Source: an uncultured Alphaproteobacteria bacterium (GTDB lineage Bacteria; Pseudomonadota; Alphaproteobacteria; HIMB59; GCA-002718135). From it: 64,000 nucleotides of DNA. Of the stretch, positions 44,741-54,557 are shown piece by piece. The stretch is taken from assembly GCA_902601455.1 (NCBI GenBank), contig CACKNC010000007.1:3537-67536 (forward strand). Direction: 5' to 3'. The notes below the pieces were generated by a model, which worked only from the letters and a program-made list of their open reading frames with translations, was not told the origin of the DNA and did not search any database. Positions within the stretch are counted from its first letter, which is position 1, and each line of letters starts with the position of its first letter. The position numbers were made by a program, and so were the translations under genes.

Positions 44741-45500
44741 TTGAGCCTGTAATTATTGCTTTGACTTTATTTGAATTTTTAGACGAAACTTTATATGAAT
44801 TTTTGTTAGTATTAAGTATACCATAATCTCCCGTGATAATTTCATTTCCTCTATTTATTTCGACACTATTAAACAATTCAATTATTGATTTTTCTTTATT
44901 ATAAATAGCTTTCTTTGATGACATTAAAATATCGTCAGTTTTAATATTCAGTTTTTCTTCATCTTCAACAACAAGATTTACAATATCTCTTATTTCATTA
45001 ATAATTTCAAAACTACCACTTATTTTTGAGCCATTTATATCTATGTTTTCACTAATTAATCTTGAATTATCTCCCATTATTTCAAATAAACCATTTATAT
45101 TATCTACTTTAATATTTCCATTTGAAAACATTTTAGTATTACTTAAAAAAAGTTCACTACTGAGACCATAAATGTGAATTTTTTGATCATCGATATTGAA
45201 TGTAACATTTTCACCGCTTCCTTCGAGATTATAGAGCTTTGATATAAAATTTACATTTTCAGTAGCAATCATTTTTTTTAAATCATGTAAGTCATTTTCA
45301 AAGTATATTTTTACGTTTTGTGCACTTAAATTTAATTCATCAGAATGAATCTCTACATTTTTTTTTAAAAGATAATATTTTTCTTCTTGAAAAACCTCGA
45401 TCCCATCTTCTGTTGTTATTTCTGTTTCACCGACGTTTCTTGATAATGCTGGTTTAAAAATAAAAAAAATAATTATACCAAATAAAAAAAATTTAATCAT
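44733..45500 (-). CDS. LptA/OstA-like periplasmic LPS transport protein (long form)
   Basis: Signal peptide, beta-strand-rich OstA-like pattern, ITGDYG; between the lptC-like gene and lptB. Confidence 0.65.
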   Translation of the reverse strand: MIKFFLFGIIIFFIFKPALSRNVGETEITTEDGIEVFQEEKYYLLKKNVEIHSDELNLSAQNVKIYFENDLHDLKKMIATENVNFISKLYNLEGSGENVTFNIDDQKIHIYGLSSELFLSNTKMFSNGNIKVDNINGLFEIMGDNSRLISENIDINGSKISGSFEIINEIRDIVNLVVEDEEKLNIKTDDILMSSKKAIYNKEKSIIELFNSVEINRGNEIITGDYGILNTNKNSYKVSSKNSNKVKAIITGSNE

Positions 45501-45943
45501 CTTAAGGTTAATTTTGTATTTCCTTTAAAATTTATTATATTACCATTTTCGATAATATCAAATCCAATAGAATCAATTGATGCATTTTTTGAGATGAATT
45601 TTGATTTATCTGAACTTGATGCTATTAAATTTTTTTTATCAAAAATAACTTTATCTCCTAAGATTTCAAATTTTTTAGATTTAAAAATTACATTATTTTC
45701 TAACATTATTTCATTCTCAGTTATGAAATTACCCTCATTAGCAGTAATTAATATTTTTTGTTTGTTACTGTTTATTGAGAATTTAGGTTTAGTAATGTCT
45801 GAGGTATTGTTGAAGCTAATATCAACATTGTTTAGTTCTTCGCTTGAATTAATAAAAAACAATAAAGTTAATATTGAAATACAAAATAAGATTATAGAAA
45901 AAATTAAAAAAATTTTTTTATTTAATGAAAGTAAAAAATTCAA
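45497..45943 (-). CDS. LptC-like LPS export protein
   Basis: Single N-terminal TM helix then beta-rich domain; kdsD-lptC-lptA-lptB synteny. Confidence 0.6.
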   Translation of the reverse strand: MNFLLSLNKKIFLIFSIILFCISILTLLFFINSSEELNNVDISFNNTSDITKPKFSINSNKQKILITANEGNFITENEIMLENNVIFKSKKFEILGDKVIFDKKNLIASSSDKSKFISKNASIDSIGFDIIENGNIINFKGNTKLTLR

Positions 45944-45944
45944 T

Positions 45945-46901
45945 TTAACTGCTCAACCTTAATAAATCATGTACATGAATAATACCAACAGGTTTATTTT
46001 TTTCACAAATAAATAAATTAGTAATTTTTTTAGTATTCATTAAATTTAATGCTTCTCCTACGAGCATATTTTTATTACCTGTTGTAGGTTTTTTGGTCAT
46101 AATATCTAATGCTCTTAAATTGAACAGTTTGCTATTCATTTTCTTTCTTAAGTCTCCATCTGTAATGATGCCAATTAGTTTTTTTTGATTATTTATTACG
46201 CCAACACAACCAAAGCTTTTTTTTGTCATTGTTATTAGCGTATTTGTCATTTTATCTGTTTCTCTAGCCAGAGGTAATGATTTGCCGGTATGCATAATGT
46301 CTGATATTTTTTTTAGATCTTTTCCTAAATTCCCTCCTGGATGAAAATTTTTAAATTGACTACTCTTGAAACCCTTTAACTCTAATAGAGCCATAGCTAA
46401 GCAATCACCAATCACGAGAGAAATTGTAGTTGAGCTAGTAGGTGCTAAGTTCAAAGGACATGCCTCTTTTGGTTTTTTATAAACTATACCAATTGTTGAA
46501 TTTTTATTTAGTAAACTTTTTGAATTACTTGAAATACTAATCAGAGGAATTGAAAAGCGTTTAGTATAATTAATTACATTATTTAATTCAGAAGTTTCTC
46601 CTGAATTAGATATTGCTAAAACACAATCATTTTTCTTAATCCCCCCCAAATCTCCATGACTTGCTTCTGTTGCATGCATAAAATAAGATGGAGTTCCAGT
46701 TGATGTTAGAGTAGCTGCAATTTTATTTCCAATATGAGCACTTTTTCCAATACCAGTTATAATAACTCTACCCTTTACTTTACTAAGAAGTATAACTGCT
46801 TCGTAAAAGTTAGTATTAAATATTTTAGATAAGTTTTTAATTTCTTTAATTTCAGTTGAAAGAGTTTTCTTTGCCCTATTAATTATTTTCTTTTTTATCA
46901 T
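45945..46901 (-). CDS. kdsD: Arabinose-5-phosphate isomerase (KpsF/GutQ family)
   Basis: GIGKSAHIG, EASHGDLG, ISNSGET, EACPLNLAPTSST, HPGG, paired CBS domains; start likely ATG 46901. Confidence 0.93.
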   Translation of the reverse strand: MIKKKIINRAKKTLSTEIKEIKNLSKIFNTNFYEAVILLSKVKGRVIITGIGKSAHIGNKIAATLTSTGTPSYFMHATEASHGDLGGIKKNDCVLAISNSGETSELNNVINYTKRFSIPLISISSNSKSLLNKNSTIGIVYKKPKEACPLNLAPTSSTTISLVIGDCLAMALLELKGFKSSQFKNFHPGGNLGKDLKKISDIMHTGKSLPLARETDKMTNTLITMTKKSFGCVGVINNQKKLIGIITDGDLRKKMNSKLFNLRALDIMTKKPTTGNKNMLVGEALNLMNTKKITNLFICEKNKPVGIIHVHDLLRLSS

Positions 46902-46902
46902 T

Positions 46903-47511
46903 TTAATGTTTAAATATATCTGTATCTTGCCATCCACACAAATCTAGATCTGCTCGATGAGATATAAATTCAAAACAAGCATTAGCAATAGTTATTCGAT
47001 TTTCTCGCTCAAGTATTAAATCTAATTTTTTCTTAAGTTCATGAAGATATAAAACATCAGTTGCAGCGTATTGTTTCTGATCTTTAGAAAGTTTACCTCC
47101 CCAATCTGATGATTGTTCCGCTTTAGAAATTGTCTTATTAAGTAACTCTCTGCATATATCTTTGTAACCATGTTTGTCAGTATACGTTCTAGCAAGTTTA
47201 GAGGCGATTTTAGTGCAGTATATATTTTTAATATTTACTTTGTATGTATGTTTTAAGACTGCAACATCAAATCTAGCAAAGTGAAAAATTTTTTGGATTT
47301 TACTATTATTAAGCAATTTCAATAAATTTTTTGGTCTTTCTCTTAAATCATTGATTTTTATAAGATGACATAAACCATTACCACTAGATAACTGAACTAA
47401 ACAAAGCCTATCTCTTGCAGGATTTAAACCCATCGTTTCTGTATCTATTGCAACAATACTGCCCAAACTTAAATTTTCAGGTAAATCATTTTCGTAATAC
47501 TTTATTTTCAT
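46903..47511 (-). CDS. nrnC: NanoRNase C / short RNase D-like DEDDy exonuclease
   Basis: AIDTETMGL, RDRLCLVQLS, FHFARFD, CTKIASKLARTYTDKHG, QSSDW, YAATDV, C-terminal DIFKH; about 200 aa without HRDC. Confidence 0.8.
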   Translation of the reverse strand: MKIKYYENDLPENLSLGSIVAIDTETMGLNPARDRLCLVQLSSGNGLCHLIKINDLRERPKNLLKLLNNSKIQKIFHFARFDVAVLKHTYKVNIKNIYCTKIASKLARTYTDKHGYKDICRELLNKTISKAEQSSDWGGKLSKDQKQYAATDVLYLHELKKKLDLILERENRITIANACFEFISHRADLDLCGWQDTDIFKH

Positions 47512-47576
47512 CAGCAATTTATTTATTCTTTATTTCAAATAATTATGTTGTTATAGCATCAATCTCTATAAAAATC

Positions 47577-48473
47577 ATGAAATCTATAATTATATTTGGT
47601 GGATCGGGTTACGTCGGAAAAAATTTAATAAGGTCTTTTGTAAAAAAAGGTTACAAAATAATCATTCCTTATCAAAGGCAAATTGATGAAGCTGATCTTA
47701 GACTTTTAGGATCAGTAGGTCAAATAATACCTTTTCACTTCACTACACTGGAAAATCCTAAACTTTTATCCGTCCTAAAGAATGCTGACATATGTATTAA
47801 TTTAAAAACCACATGGGATTCTAAAGAATCATATTTAGAAAAATCTATTTATACATTTAACAAAGAATTAACTGAGATTATTAAGAAATCATCCACAATT
47901 AAAAAATTCATATTTTTCTCTGGTTTAGGAACTGAAAAAAGATCAACTTTACGTAATGAAATAATATCAAAAACTGAAGAGTTAATTACCCAAGAATTAA
48001 AAAATTCAATAATCGTTAGACCAAGTGTAATTTTGGGAAATGGAGACCAGTTTTTATCCAGTCTCTTACCAATTTTTAAAATGTCATTTTTTATTCCTTT
48101 ATTTGGAGATGGAAGTAAAAAATTCCAACCTGTTTTGATAGAAGATATTGTTGATTTCGTATCTAGTTTAATTGAATTGTCGAGTTTAGATGAAAGTTTG
48201 TTTGAACTTGGAGGGCCTGATGTTTTTACCTATAAGGAATTTTATAATTTAATTGCAGATTTGATGAATAAGAAAAGAGTATTTGTTCCTGTTCCAATGC
48301 AAATAATCAAACCAATTGTTGGGATAGGGGAAAAAACACCATTTTCACCCATAAATTTAGAACAGCTATCTCTTTTTGACTCTGATAATGTATTACAACA
48401 TAAAAAAAGAGGTTTTGATTATCTTAAAATGTTGCCTAGAAAAGTAATTTCAGCAGTTAAAAAATCTTTATAA
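47577..48473 (+). CDS. NDUFA9-like atypical SDR (complex I 39-kDa subunit family)
   Basis: IFGGSGYVG, LLGSVGQI, IVRPSVILG, FQPV, FELGGP; start ATG 47577 preferred to 47415. Confidence 0.8.
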   Translation: MKSIIIFGGSGYVGKNLIRSFVKKGYKIIIPYQRQIDEADLRLLGSVGQIIPFHFTTLENPKLLSVLKNADICINLKTTWDSKESYLEKSIYTFNKELTEIIKKSSTIKKFIFFSGLGTEKRSTLRNEIISKTEELITQELKNSIIVRPSVILGNGDQFLSSLLPIFKMSFFIPLFGDGSKKFQPVLIEDIVDFVSSLIELSSLDESLFELGGPDVFTYKEFYNLIADLMNKKRVFVPVPMQIIKPIVGIGEKTPFSPINLEQLSLFDSDNVLQHKKRGFDYLKMLPRKVISAVKKSL

Positions 48474-48595
48474 TCATTCATTTTTTCCACAAATAGTACC
48501 ATCCCTGTACTAATTAATGGTTTTTTATATTTATTTTCGATTATATATTGTCTATTGGCTAGTTTTTTAAAAAAAAAAGTAACAAAAATGTACAA

Positions 48596-50029
48596 ATGTT
48601 AAAATTTACTTCAATTAATAAAGAAAACCCGAGCAAGACTGACTCGAAGGTTAGATCTAAAAATTTCGATGAAATTTATGCTAATTTTGCAAAACAAAAA
48701 GCTGAAGAGCAGGCATCACGTTGTTCACAGTGTGGAGTTCCTTTTTGCCAAGTACATTGTCCACTTCATAACAATATACCGGACTGGTTAAAGTTGACTG
48801 CAGAAAATAGGTTAGAAGAAGCTTATCAATTGTCAAGTTCAACTAATAATATGCCTGAGATTTGCGGAAGAATATGCCCACAAGATAGACTATGTGAAGG
48901 AAACTGTGTCATTGAACAATCAGGACATGGAACTGTCACGATTGGATCAATAGAAAAATATATTACTGATACTGCATGGGATAATGGATGGGTAAAAGCT
49001 ATTCAACCAAGCATTCAAAGAAAAGAATCTGTTGGTATTATTGGGGCAGGGCCAGCTGGACTTGCTGCAGCAGAAGAATTAAGAAAATTAGGTTATCAAA
49101 TCACAATCTATGATCGTTATGACAGAGCAGGAGGCCTGCTTATATATGGTATCCCTAATTTTAAATTAGAAAAAGAGATTGTTCAAAGAAGAACAAAATT
49201 ATTAGAGGACAGTGGTGTTGTGTTTAAATTAAATTTTAATGTTGGAGAAGATAAAACCTTTAATGAATTAAGAGAAGAGCATCATGCTGTAGTAATTGCT
49301 ACTGGGGTGTATAAATCAAGAGATATTAATCTTAATGAAAACAATTTTTCTAATGTAATTCCTGCATTGGATTATCTTACAACAAGTAATAAAGTAGGAC
49401 TTAAGGACAAGATAGAAGACTTTGATAATGGCTTACTTAATGCTTACAATAAAAATGTTGTTGTTGTCGGAGGTGGAGATACAGCAATGGATTGTGTACG
49501 AACCGCTGTTCGGCAAGGTGCTAAAGATGTGAAATGTCTTTACCGAAGAGATAAAAATAATATGCCAGGATCTCAAAGAGAAGTCGAAAATGCTATAGAA
49601 GAGGGTGTAGATTTTAACTGGCTAACTTTACCAATACAATATCAAGGTAGTGGTAAACTAGATCAAGTAAAAATTGCAAAAATGGAATTAGGATCTCCTG
49701 ATGAAACTGGCAGAAGAAAACCAGAAATTATAAAAGATAGTGAAGAGATGCTTAAAGTAGATTTGGTTATTGAAGCTTTAGGTTTTGAACCTGAAGATTT
49801 ACCAACAATGTTTGATGAACCTTCTTTAAATGTAACACGTTGGGGAACCATAAAGGTGGATTATAAAAATCTTATGACTTCACTTGATGGGGTCTTTGCC
49901 GCTGGCGATATTGTTAGAGGTGCAAGTTTAGTTGTCTGGGGAATTAAAGATGGAAGAGACGTAGCTAATCACATTCACAATTATTTAGAAAATAATAATC
50001 AAGAAAATAAAAGAGTCGTGAATGAGTAA
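48596..50029 (+). CDS. gltD: Glutamate synthase small subunit
   Basis: CSQCGVPFCQVHCP, GRICPQDRLCEGNC, IGAGPAGL, GGGDTAMDC, FAAGDIVRGASLVVW. Confidence 0.97.
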   Translation: MLKFTSINKENPSKTDSKVRSKNFDEIYANFAKQKAEEQASRCSQCGVPFCQVHCPLHNNIPDWLKLTAENRLEEAYQLSSSTNNMPEICGRICPQDRLCEGNCVIEQSGHGTVTIGSIEKYITDTAWDNGWVKAIQPSIQRKESVGIIGAGPAGLAAAEELRKLGYQITIYDRYDRAGGLLIYGIPNFKLEKEIVQRRTKLLEDSGVVFKLNFNVGEDKTFNELREEHHAVVIATGVYKSRDINLNENNFSNVIPALDYLTTSNKVGLKDKIEDFDNGLLNAYNKNVVVVGGGDTAMDCVRTAVRQGAKDVKCLYRRDKNNMPGSQREVENAIEEGVDFNWLTLPIQYQGSGKLDQVKIAKMELGSPDETGRRKPEIIKDSEEMLKVDLVIEALGFEPEDLPTMFDEPSLNVTRWGTIKVDYKNLMTSLDGVFAAGDIVRGASLVVWGIKDGRDVANHIHNYLENNNQENKRVVNE

Positions 50030-53000
50030 TTTTAAAAAAAATTGGTTTAAAAATAAAAAAATTTTAGAAGATAATCATGTCTATAATGAATTAGATGAAC
50101 ATTCATCTTGTGGGGTTGGTCTTATTGCATCTTTAGATGGAAGTTCTAAGCGAGAAATTGTAGAGATGGGAGTACAAGCTCTCAGAGTACTTTATCATAG
50201 AGGTGCTGTTGATGCAGATGGTAAAACTGGAGATGGTGCGGGTATTCAATTAAGTATTCCTAAAGATTTTTTTATTGATAAAATTAAACGAACAGGTCAC
50301 GAGCATAACAATCTACCATTTGCAGTAGGGATGATTTTCTTACCAAGAACTGATTTTGCTGCTCAAGAAAAATCACGCACCATTGTTGAATCAGAGATAA
50401 TTAAAGAAGGTTTAAAAATCCATGGATGGCGTCATGTACCAATCGATTCTTCTATTATAGGAGATAAAGCAAAAGCTACAAGACCGGAAATTGAACAAAT
50501 TTTAATTGGCAATGATAATTATGAAGATGAAAAAGAATTCGATAATTTACTTTTTATAATTCGTAAGAGAATTGAAAAGCAAATCCGTGCAAATAACATC
50601 AATGATTTTTATATTTGCTCACTTTCGTGCCAATCTATCGTCTACAAAGGTATGTTCTTAGCAGAACAATTATCTAATTTTTATCCTGACATACAACATA
50701 AAAATTTTGTTTCAAAATATGCAGTCTATCATCAGCGCTATTCAACAAACACGTTTCCTACTTGGTCTCTTGCCCAACCTTTTCGTGTTATTGCACATAA
50801 CGGAGAGATTAATACACTTAAAGGTAATAAAAATTGGATGGCAGCTCATGAACCACGATTAGAACATCAAAATTTTGGTAACTCAATTGAAGATTTAAAA
50901 CCTATAATCGATGCAGACGCATCTGACTCTGCTGCTTTAGACTCAACTATAGAACTTCTTGTAAAATCGAATAAGTCATTACCAATGGCAAAAATATTAA
51001 CAATACCTGAAGCATGGTCACATCGTAGAGATTTTTCGCAAAAACTAAAAAATTTGTATGCTTATGCTACCGCTGTTATGGAAGCATGGGATGGTCCCGC
51101 AGCAATTTGTGGTGCGCATGATGATTGGGCAATTGCAGGAATGGATAGGAATGGACTTCGACCAATACGTTATACATTAACATCTGATTATTTAATTGCA
51201 GGTTCAGAGACTGGGATGGTTGTATTACCTGAAAATGAAATAGTTGAAAAAGGTCGAGTTGGACCAGGTCAAATGATTGCTATTAATTTTAAAGAGAAGA
51301 AATTTTATTCTGATGCAGAAATTAAAAAACATTTGTCCGAAACAAAGCCTTTTGGAAATTGGACAAAAAATATAACTCATATTGATAAGCTAGTTAAATC
51401 AGTTGATGAAGAATTGAGAGAAATTGATGGTCATGATTTAAGAAAACGAATGTCTTCTTTTGATTGGTCGATGGAAGATATGGAGCTTATTCTCCATCCA
51501 ATGATAATGGAGCAGAAAGAAGCAACAGGATCAATGGGTGATGACTCTCCCCTAGCAGTTTTGTCAAAAAAATATAGAGGGCTCCATCATTTCTTCAGAC
51601 AAAACTTTAGCCAAGTTACAAATCCACCTGTTGACTCATTGCGAGAAAGAGTAGTGATGTCACTTCGAACAAGAATTGGAAATTTAAGTAATATTCTAGA
51701 TGAAGATGAAAAACAGTGCGATCATTTACAGTTAGACTCTCCTGTCTTATCAATTAATCAGTTTAAGACAATGAGGCAGTATATGAAAGATACTGTTAAA
51801 GTTCTTGATACAACAATGGATATAACTGATCCACATAATAACTTTGAAAAAACATTACTGGATTTAAATCGTCAAGCCGAGGAAGCTGTTAGAGAAGGAT
51901 TTGTTCATATAATTTTAAGTGATAAAAATTTATCTAAAAAAAATGTTGCACTACCAATGATTTTGGCAACAAGTTCAGTACACTCTCATCTAATTAGACA
52001 AAGCTTAAGAACTTATATTTCATTAAATATTCAATCTGCAGAATGTTTAGATGTACATTATTTTGCCGTATTAATTGGTGTAGGTGCAACGAGTATAAAT
52101 GCCTATGTTGCTCAGCAAGCAATAGCAGAGCGTCATAAAAAAGGATTATTCGGATCCTTATCATACGAGCAGTGCGTGGAGAGATATATTAAATCGATCA
52201 ACAATGGATTGCTTAAAACGATGAGTAAGATGGGCATCTCCGTCATTAATTCTTATCGAGGAGGATGTAATTTTGAAGCAATTGGATTGAGTCGTAATTT
52301 AATGAATCAATTTTTCCCTTCCATGAGTTCAAAAATATCAGGGATTGGTATTTCAGGAATTGAGAAGCGTTCTCTTGCAGTTCACTCAAAAGCTTTTGAT
52401 GATCAAGTTACTACACTACCCGTAGGGGGTTTTTATCGATATAGATTTGGTGGAGAGCAACATGCCTTTGAAGCAAGATCAATTCATATGCTTCAGTCTT
52501 CAGTCGGTAATAAAAATTATTCCCTGTTCAAAAAATACTCAGAAATGATTGATGGTATGTCACCAATAAATATAAGGGATTTACTCAGTTTCAAATCAGA
52601 TAATAAAAAATTAAATATAAGTGAGATTGATTCCGCTCAAGAAATTAGAAAAAGGTTAGTAGCTCCTGGAATCTCTCTTGGTGCACTAAGTCCTGAAGCA
52701 CATGAAACTTTATCTATAGCAATGAATAGAATTGGTGCAAAGTCAGATTCTGGTGAGGGTGGTGAAGATGCAAGTCGTTTTAAGTTGAGACCAAATGGAG
52801 ATAATCCTTCGTCAAGAATAAAACAAATTGCTAGTGGAAGATTTGGTGTAACAGCCGAGTATCTTAATAACTGTGATGAAATTGAAATTAAAGTTGCTCA
52901 AGGAGCAAAACCAGGTGAAGGAGGGCAATTACCTGGTGGCAAGGTAACGGAGTTAATTGCAAAGTTAAGACATTCTACAAAAGGAGTGACTCTTATTAGT

Positions 53001-54536
53001 CCTCCACCGCATCATGATATTTATTCTATCGAAGATCTTGCTCAATTAATTTATGATTTAAAACAAATTAATCCAAGAGCTAAAGTATGTGTGAAATTAG
53101 TAGCGCAATCAGGTATTGGAACAGTTGCAGCTGGTGTTGCCAAAGCAAAAGCAGATGCAATTTTAATCTCTGGTCATAATGGAGGCACAGGTGCTAGCCC
53201 TCAAACAAGTATTAAGTATGCAGGACTTCCATGGGAGCTGGGTTTAAGTGAAGTACATCAAGTTTTATCATTAAATAATCTTCGTGATAAAGTTATTTTG
53301 CGAACAGATGGTGGACTAAAAACAGGCAAGGACGTGGTGATTGCTGCGATGTTGGGAGCAGAAGAGTACGGTATTGGTACGGCGAGTTTAGTAGCAATGG
53401 GTTGTATTATGGTAAGACAATGCCATTCCAATACATGCCCTGTTGGTGTTTGCTCGCAAGATGAAAAACTTCGAGAAAAATTTACGGGGACTCCTGAAAA
53501 AGTTATTAATCTTTTCACTTATATTGCTGAAGAAGTTCGTGAAATTTTAGCTGAACTTGGCTTTAAAACACTCGATGAAATTGTAGGGCGTGCAGATTTG
53601 TTGCATCAAGTAAGTAGAGGAAGCACAGACTTAGATGATTTAGATTTAAATCCTATCATTCAAACAATTGAATCATCAGTTGGTGAATATAATAATAAAA
53701 AAGATAACATTACAAAGGTGGCTGACAGTTTAGATTTAAAAATGATTGAAGATCTTGAGCCTTTATTTACTTCACGTCAAAAAACACAGTTAAGTTATAA
53801 TATAAAAAATACGGACAGAGCTCTTGGAACAAGACTTGCTTCTGAAATTACAACTAAAATTGGAATGAGCGTTTTAGAAGAGGATCAAATCACTATTAAT
53901 TTAAATGGATCAGCTGGTCAGTCCTTTGGAGCTTTTAGTGTTAAAGGAACAACATTAAAAATATCAGGTGATGCTAATGACTATGTAGCCAAAGGTTTAT
54001 CAGGTGGTAAATTAATTATTACTCCGCCTGAAATTTCTTCTCTCCAATCAAATCAAAATGTTATTATTGGTAATACGTGTCTTTATGGAGCTACTAAAGG
54101 AACTTTGTACGCAGCAGGTAAGGTAGGAGACCGTTTTGCTGTGAGAAATTCTGGAGCTCAAGCTGTAATTGAAGGATGTGGAGATAATGGCTGTGAATAC
54201 ATGACAGGTGGAAGTGTTATTATTTTAGGTGAAGTTGGAAATAACTTTGGTGCAGGAATGACAGGTGGAATGGCTTTTGCTTATGATAAAGAAGGAACAC
54301 TACCTCTTCGTATCAATTTGGATGATGTTTTTTATCAGCAACAAATGACTCCATATTGGGAAGATGTTCTCTATGATAAAATTCAACATTACTTCAAAGA
54401 GACTAACTCTCAACATGCAAAAGAGATTTTAGATAATTGGGACCGTCATAAATATTTATTCTGGCAAATTATTCCAAAAGAGATGGTGAATAAATTTGAG
54501 GAACCTGTGTTAGTTGAGACTACTAAAACTGCTTAA
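50022..54536 (+). CDS. gltB: Glutamate synthase large subunit
   Basis: EHSSCGVG N-terminal Cys, HQRYSTNT, AHNGEINT, QGAKPGEGG, CIMVRQCHSNTCPVG 3Fe-4S motif, GCEYMTGG. Confidence 0.98.
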   Translation: MSNFKKNWFKNKKILEDNHVYNELDEHSSCGVGLIASLDGSSKREIVEMGVQALRVLYHRGAVDADGKTGDGAGIQLSIPKDFFIDKIKRTGHEHNNLPFAVGMIFLPRTDFAAQEKSRTIVESEIIKEGLKIHGWRHVPIDSSIIGDKAKATRPEIEQILIGNDNYEDEKEFDNLLFIIRKRIEKQIRANNINDFYICSLSCQSIVYKGMFLAEQLSNFYPDIQHKNFVSKYAVYHQRYSTNTFPTWSLAQPFRVIAHNGEINTLKGNKNWMAAHEPRLEHQNFGNSIEDLKPIIDADASDSAALDSTIELLVKSNKSLPMAKILTIPEAWSHRRDFSQKLKNLYAYATAVMEAWDGPAAICGAHDDWAIAGMDRNGLRPIRYTLTSDYLIAGSETGMVVLPENEIVEKGRVGPGQMIAINFKEKKFYSDAEIKKHLSETKPFGNWTKNITHIDKLVKSVDEELREIDGHDLRKRMSSFDWSMEDMELILHPMIMEQKEATGSMGDDSPLAVLSKKYRGLHHFFRQNFSQVTNPPVDSLRERVVMSLRTRIGNLSNILDEDEKQCDHLQLDSPVLSINQFKTMRQYMKDTVKVLDTTMDITDPHNNFEKTLLDLNRQAEEAVREGFVHIILSDKNLSKKNVALPMILATSSVHSHLIRQSLRTYISLNIQSAECLDVHYFAVLIGVGATSINAYVAQQAIAERHKKGLFGSLSYEQCVERYIKSINNGLLKTMSKMGISVINSYRGGCNFEAIGLSRNLMNQFFPSMSSKISGIGISGIEKRSLAVHSKAFDDQVTTLPVGGFYRYRFGGEQHAFEARSIHMLQSSVGNKNYSLFKKYSEMIDGMSPINIRDLLSFKSDNKKLNISEIDSAQEIRKRLVAPGISLGALSPEAHETLSIAMNRIGAKSDSGEGGEDASRFKLRPNGDNPSSRIKQIASGRFGVTAEYLNNCDEIEIKVAQGAKPGEGGQLPGGKVTELIAKLRHSTKGVTLISPPPHHDIYSIEDLAQLIYDLKQINPRAKVCVKLVAQSGIGTVAAGVAKAKADAILISGHNGGTGASPQTSIKYAGLPWELGLSEVHQVLSLNNLRDKVILRTDGGLKTGKDVVIAAMLGAEEYGIGTASLVAMGCIMVRQCHSNTCPVGVCSQDEKLREKFTGTPEKVINLFTYIAEEVREILAELGFKTLDEIVGRADLLHQVSRGSTDLDDLDLNPIIQTIESSVGEYNNKKDNITKVADSLDLKMIEDLEPLFTSRQKTQLSYNIKNTDRALGTRLASEITTKIGMSVLEEDQITINLNGSAGQSFGAFSVKGTTLKISGDANDYVAKGLSGGKLIITPPEISSLQSNQNVIIGNTCLYGATKGTLYAAGKVGDRFAVRNSGAQAVIEGCGDNGCEYMTGGSVIILGEVGNNFGAGMTGGMAFAYDKEGTLPLRINLDDVFYQQQMTPYWEDVLYDKIQHYFKETNSQHAKEILDNWDRHKYLFWQIIPKEMVNKFEEPVLVETTKTA

Positions 54537-54557
54537 ATAATATATTAAATAAATTAA

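Noticed and set aside
48483..48491. DnaA box TTTTCCACA upstream of gltD
   Set aside because: A single match beginning in a T run is plausible by chance; no cluster
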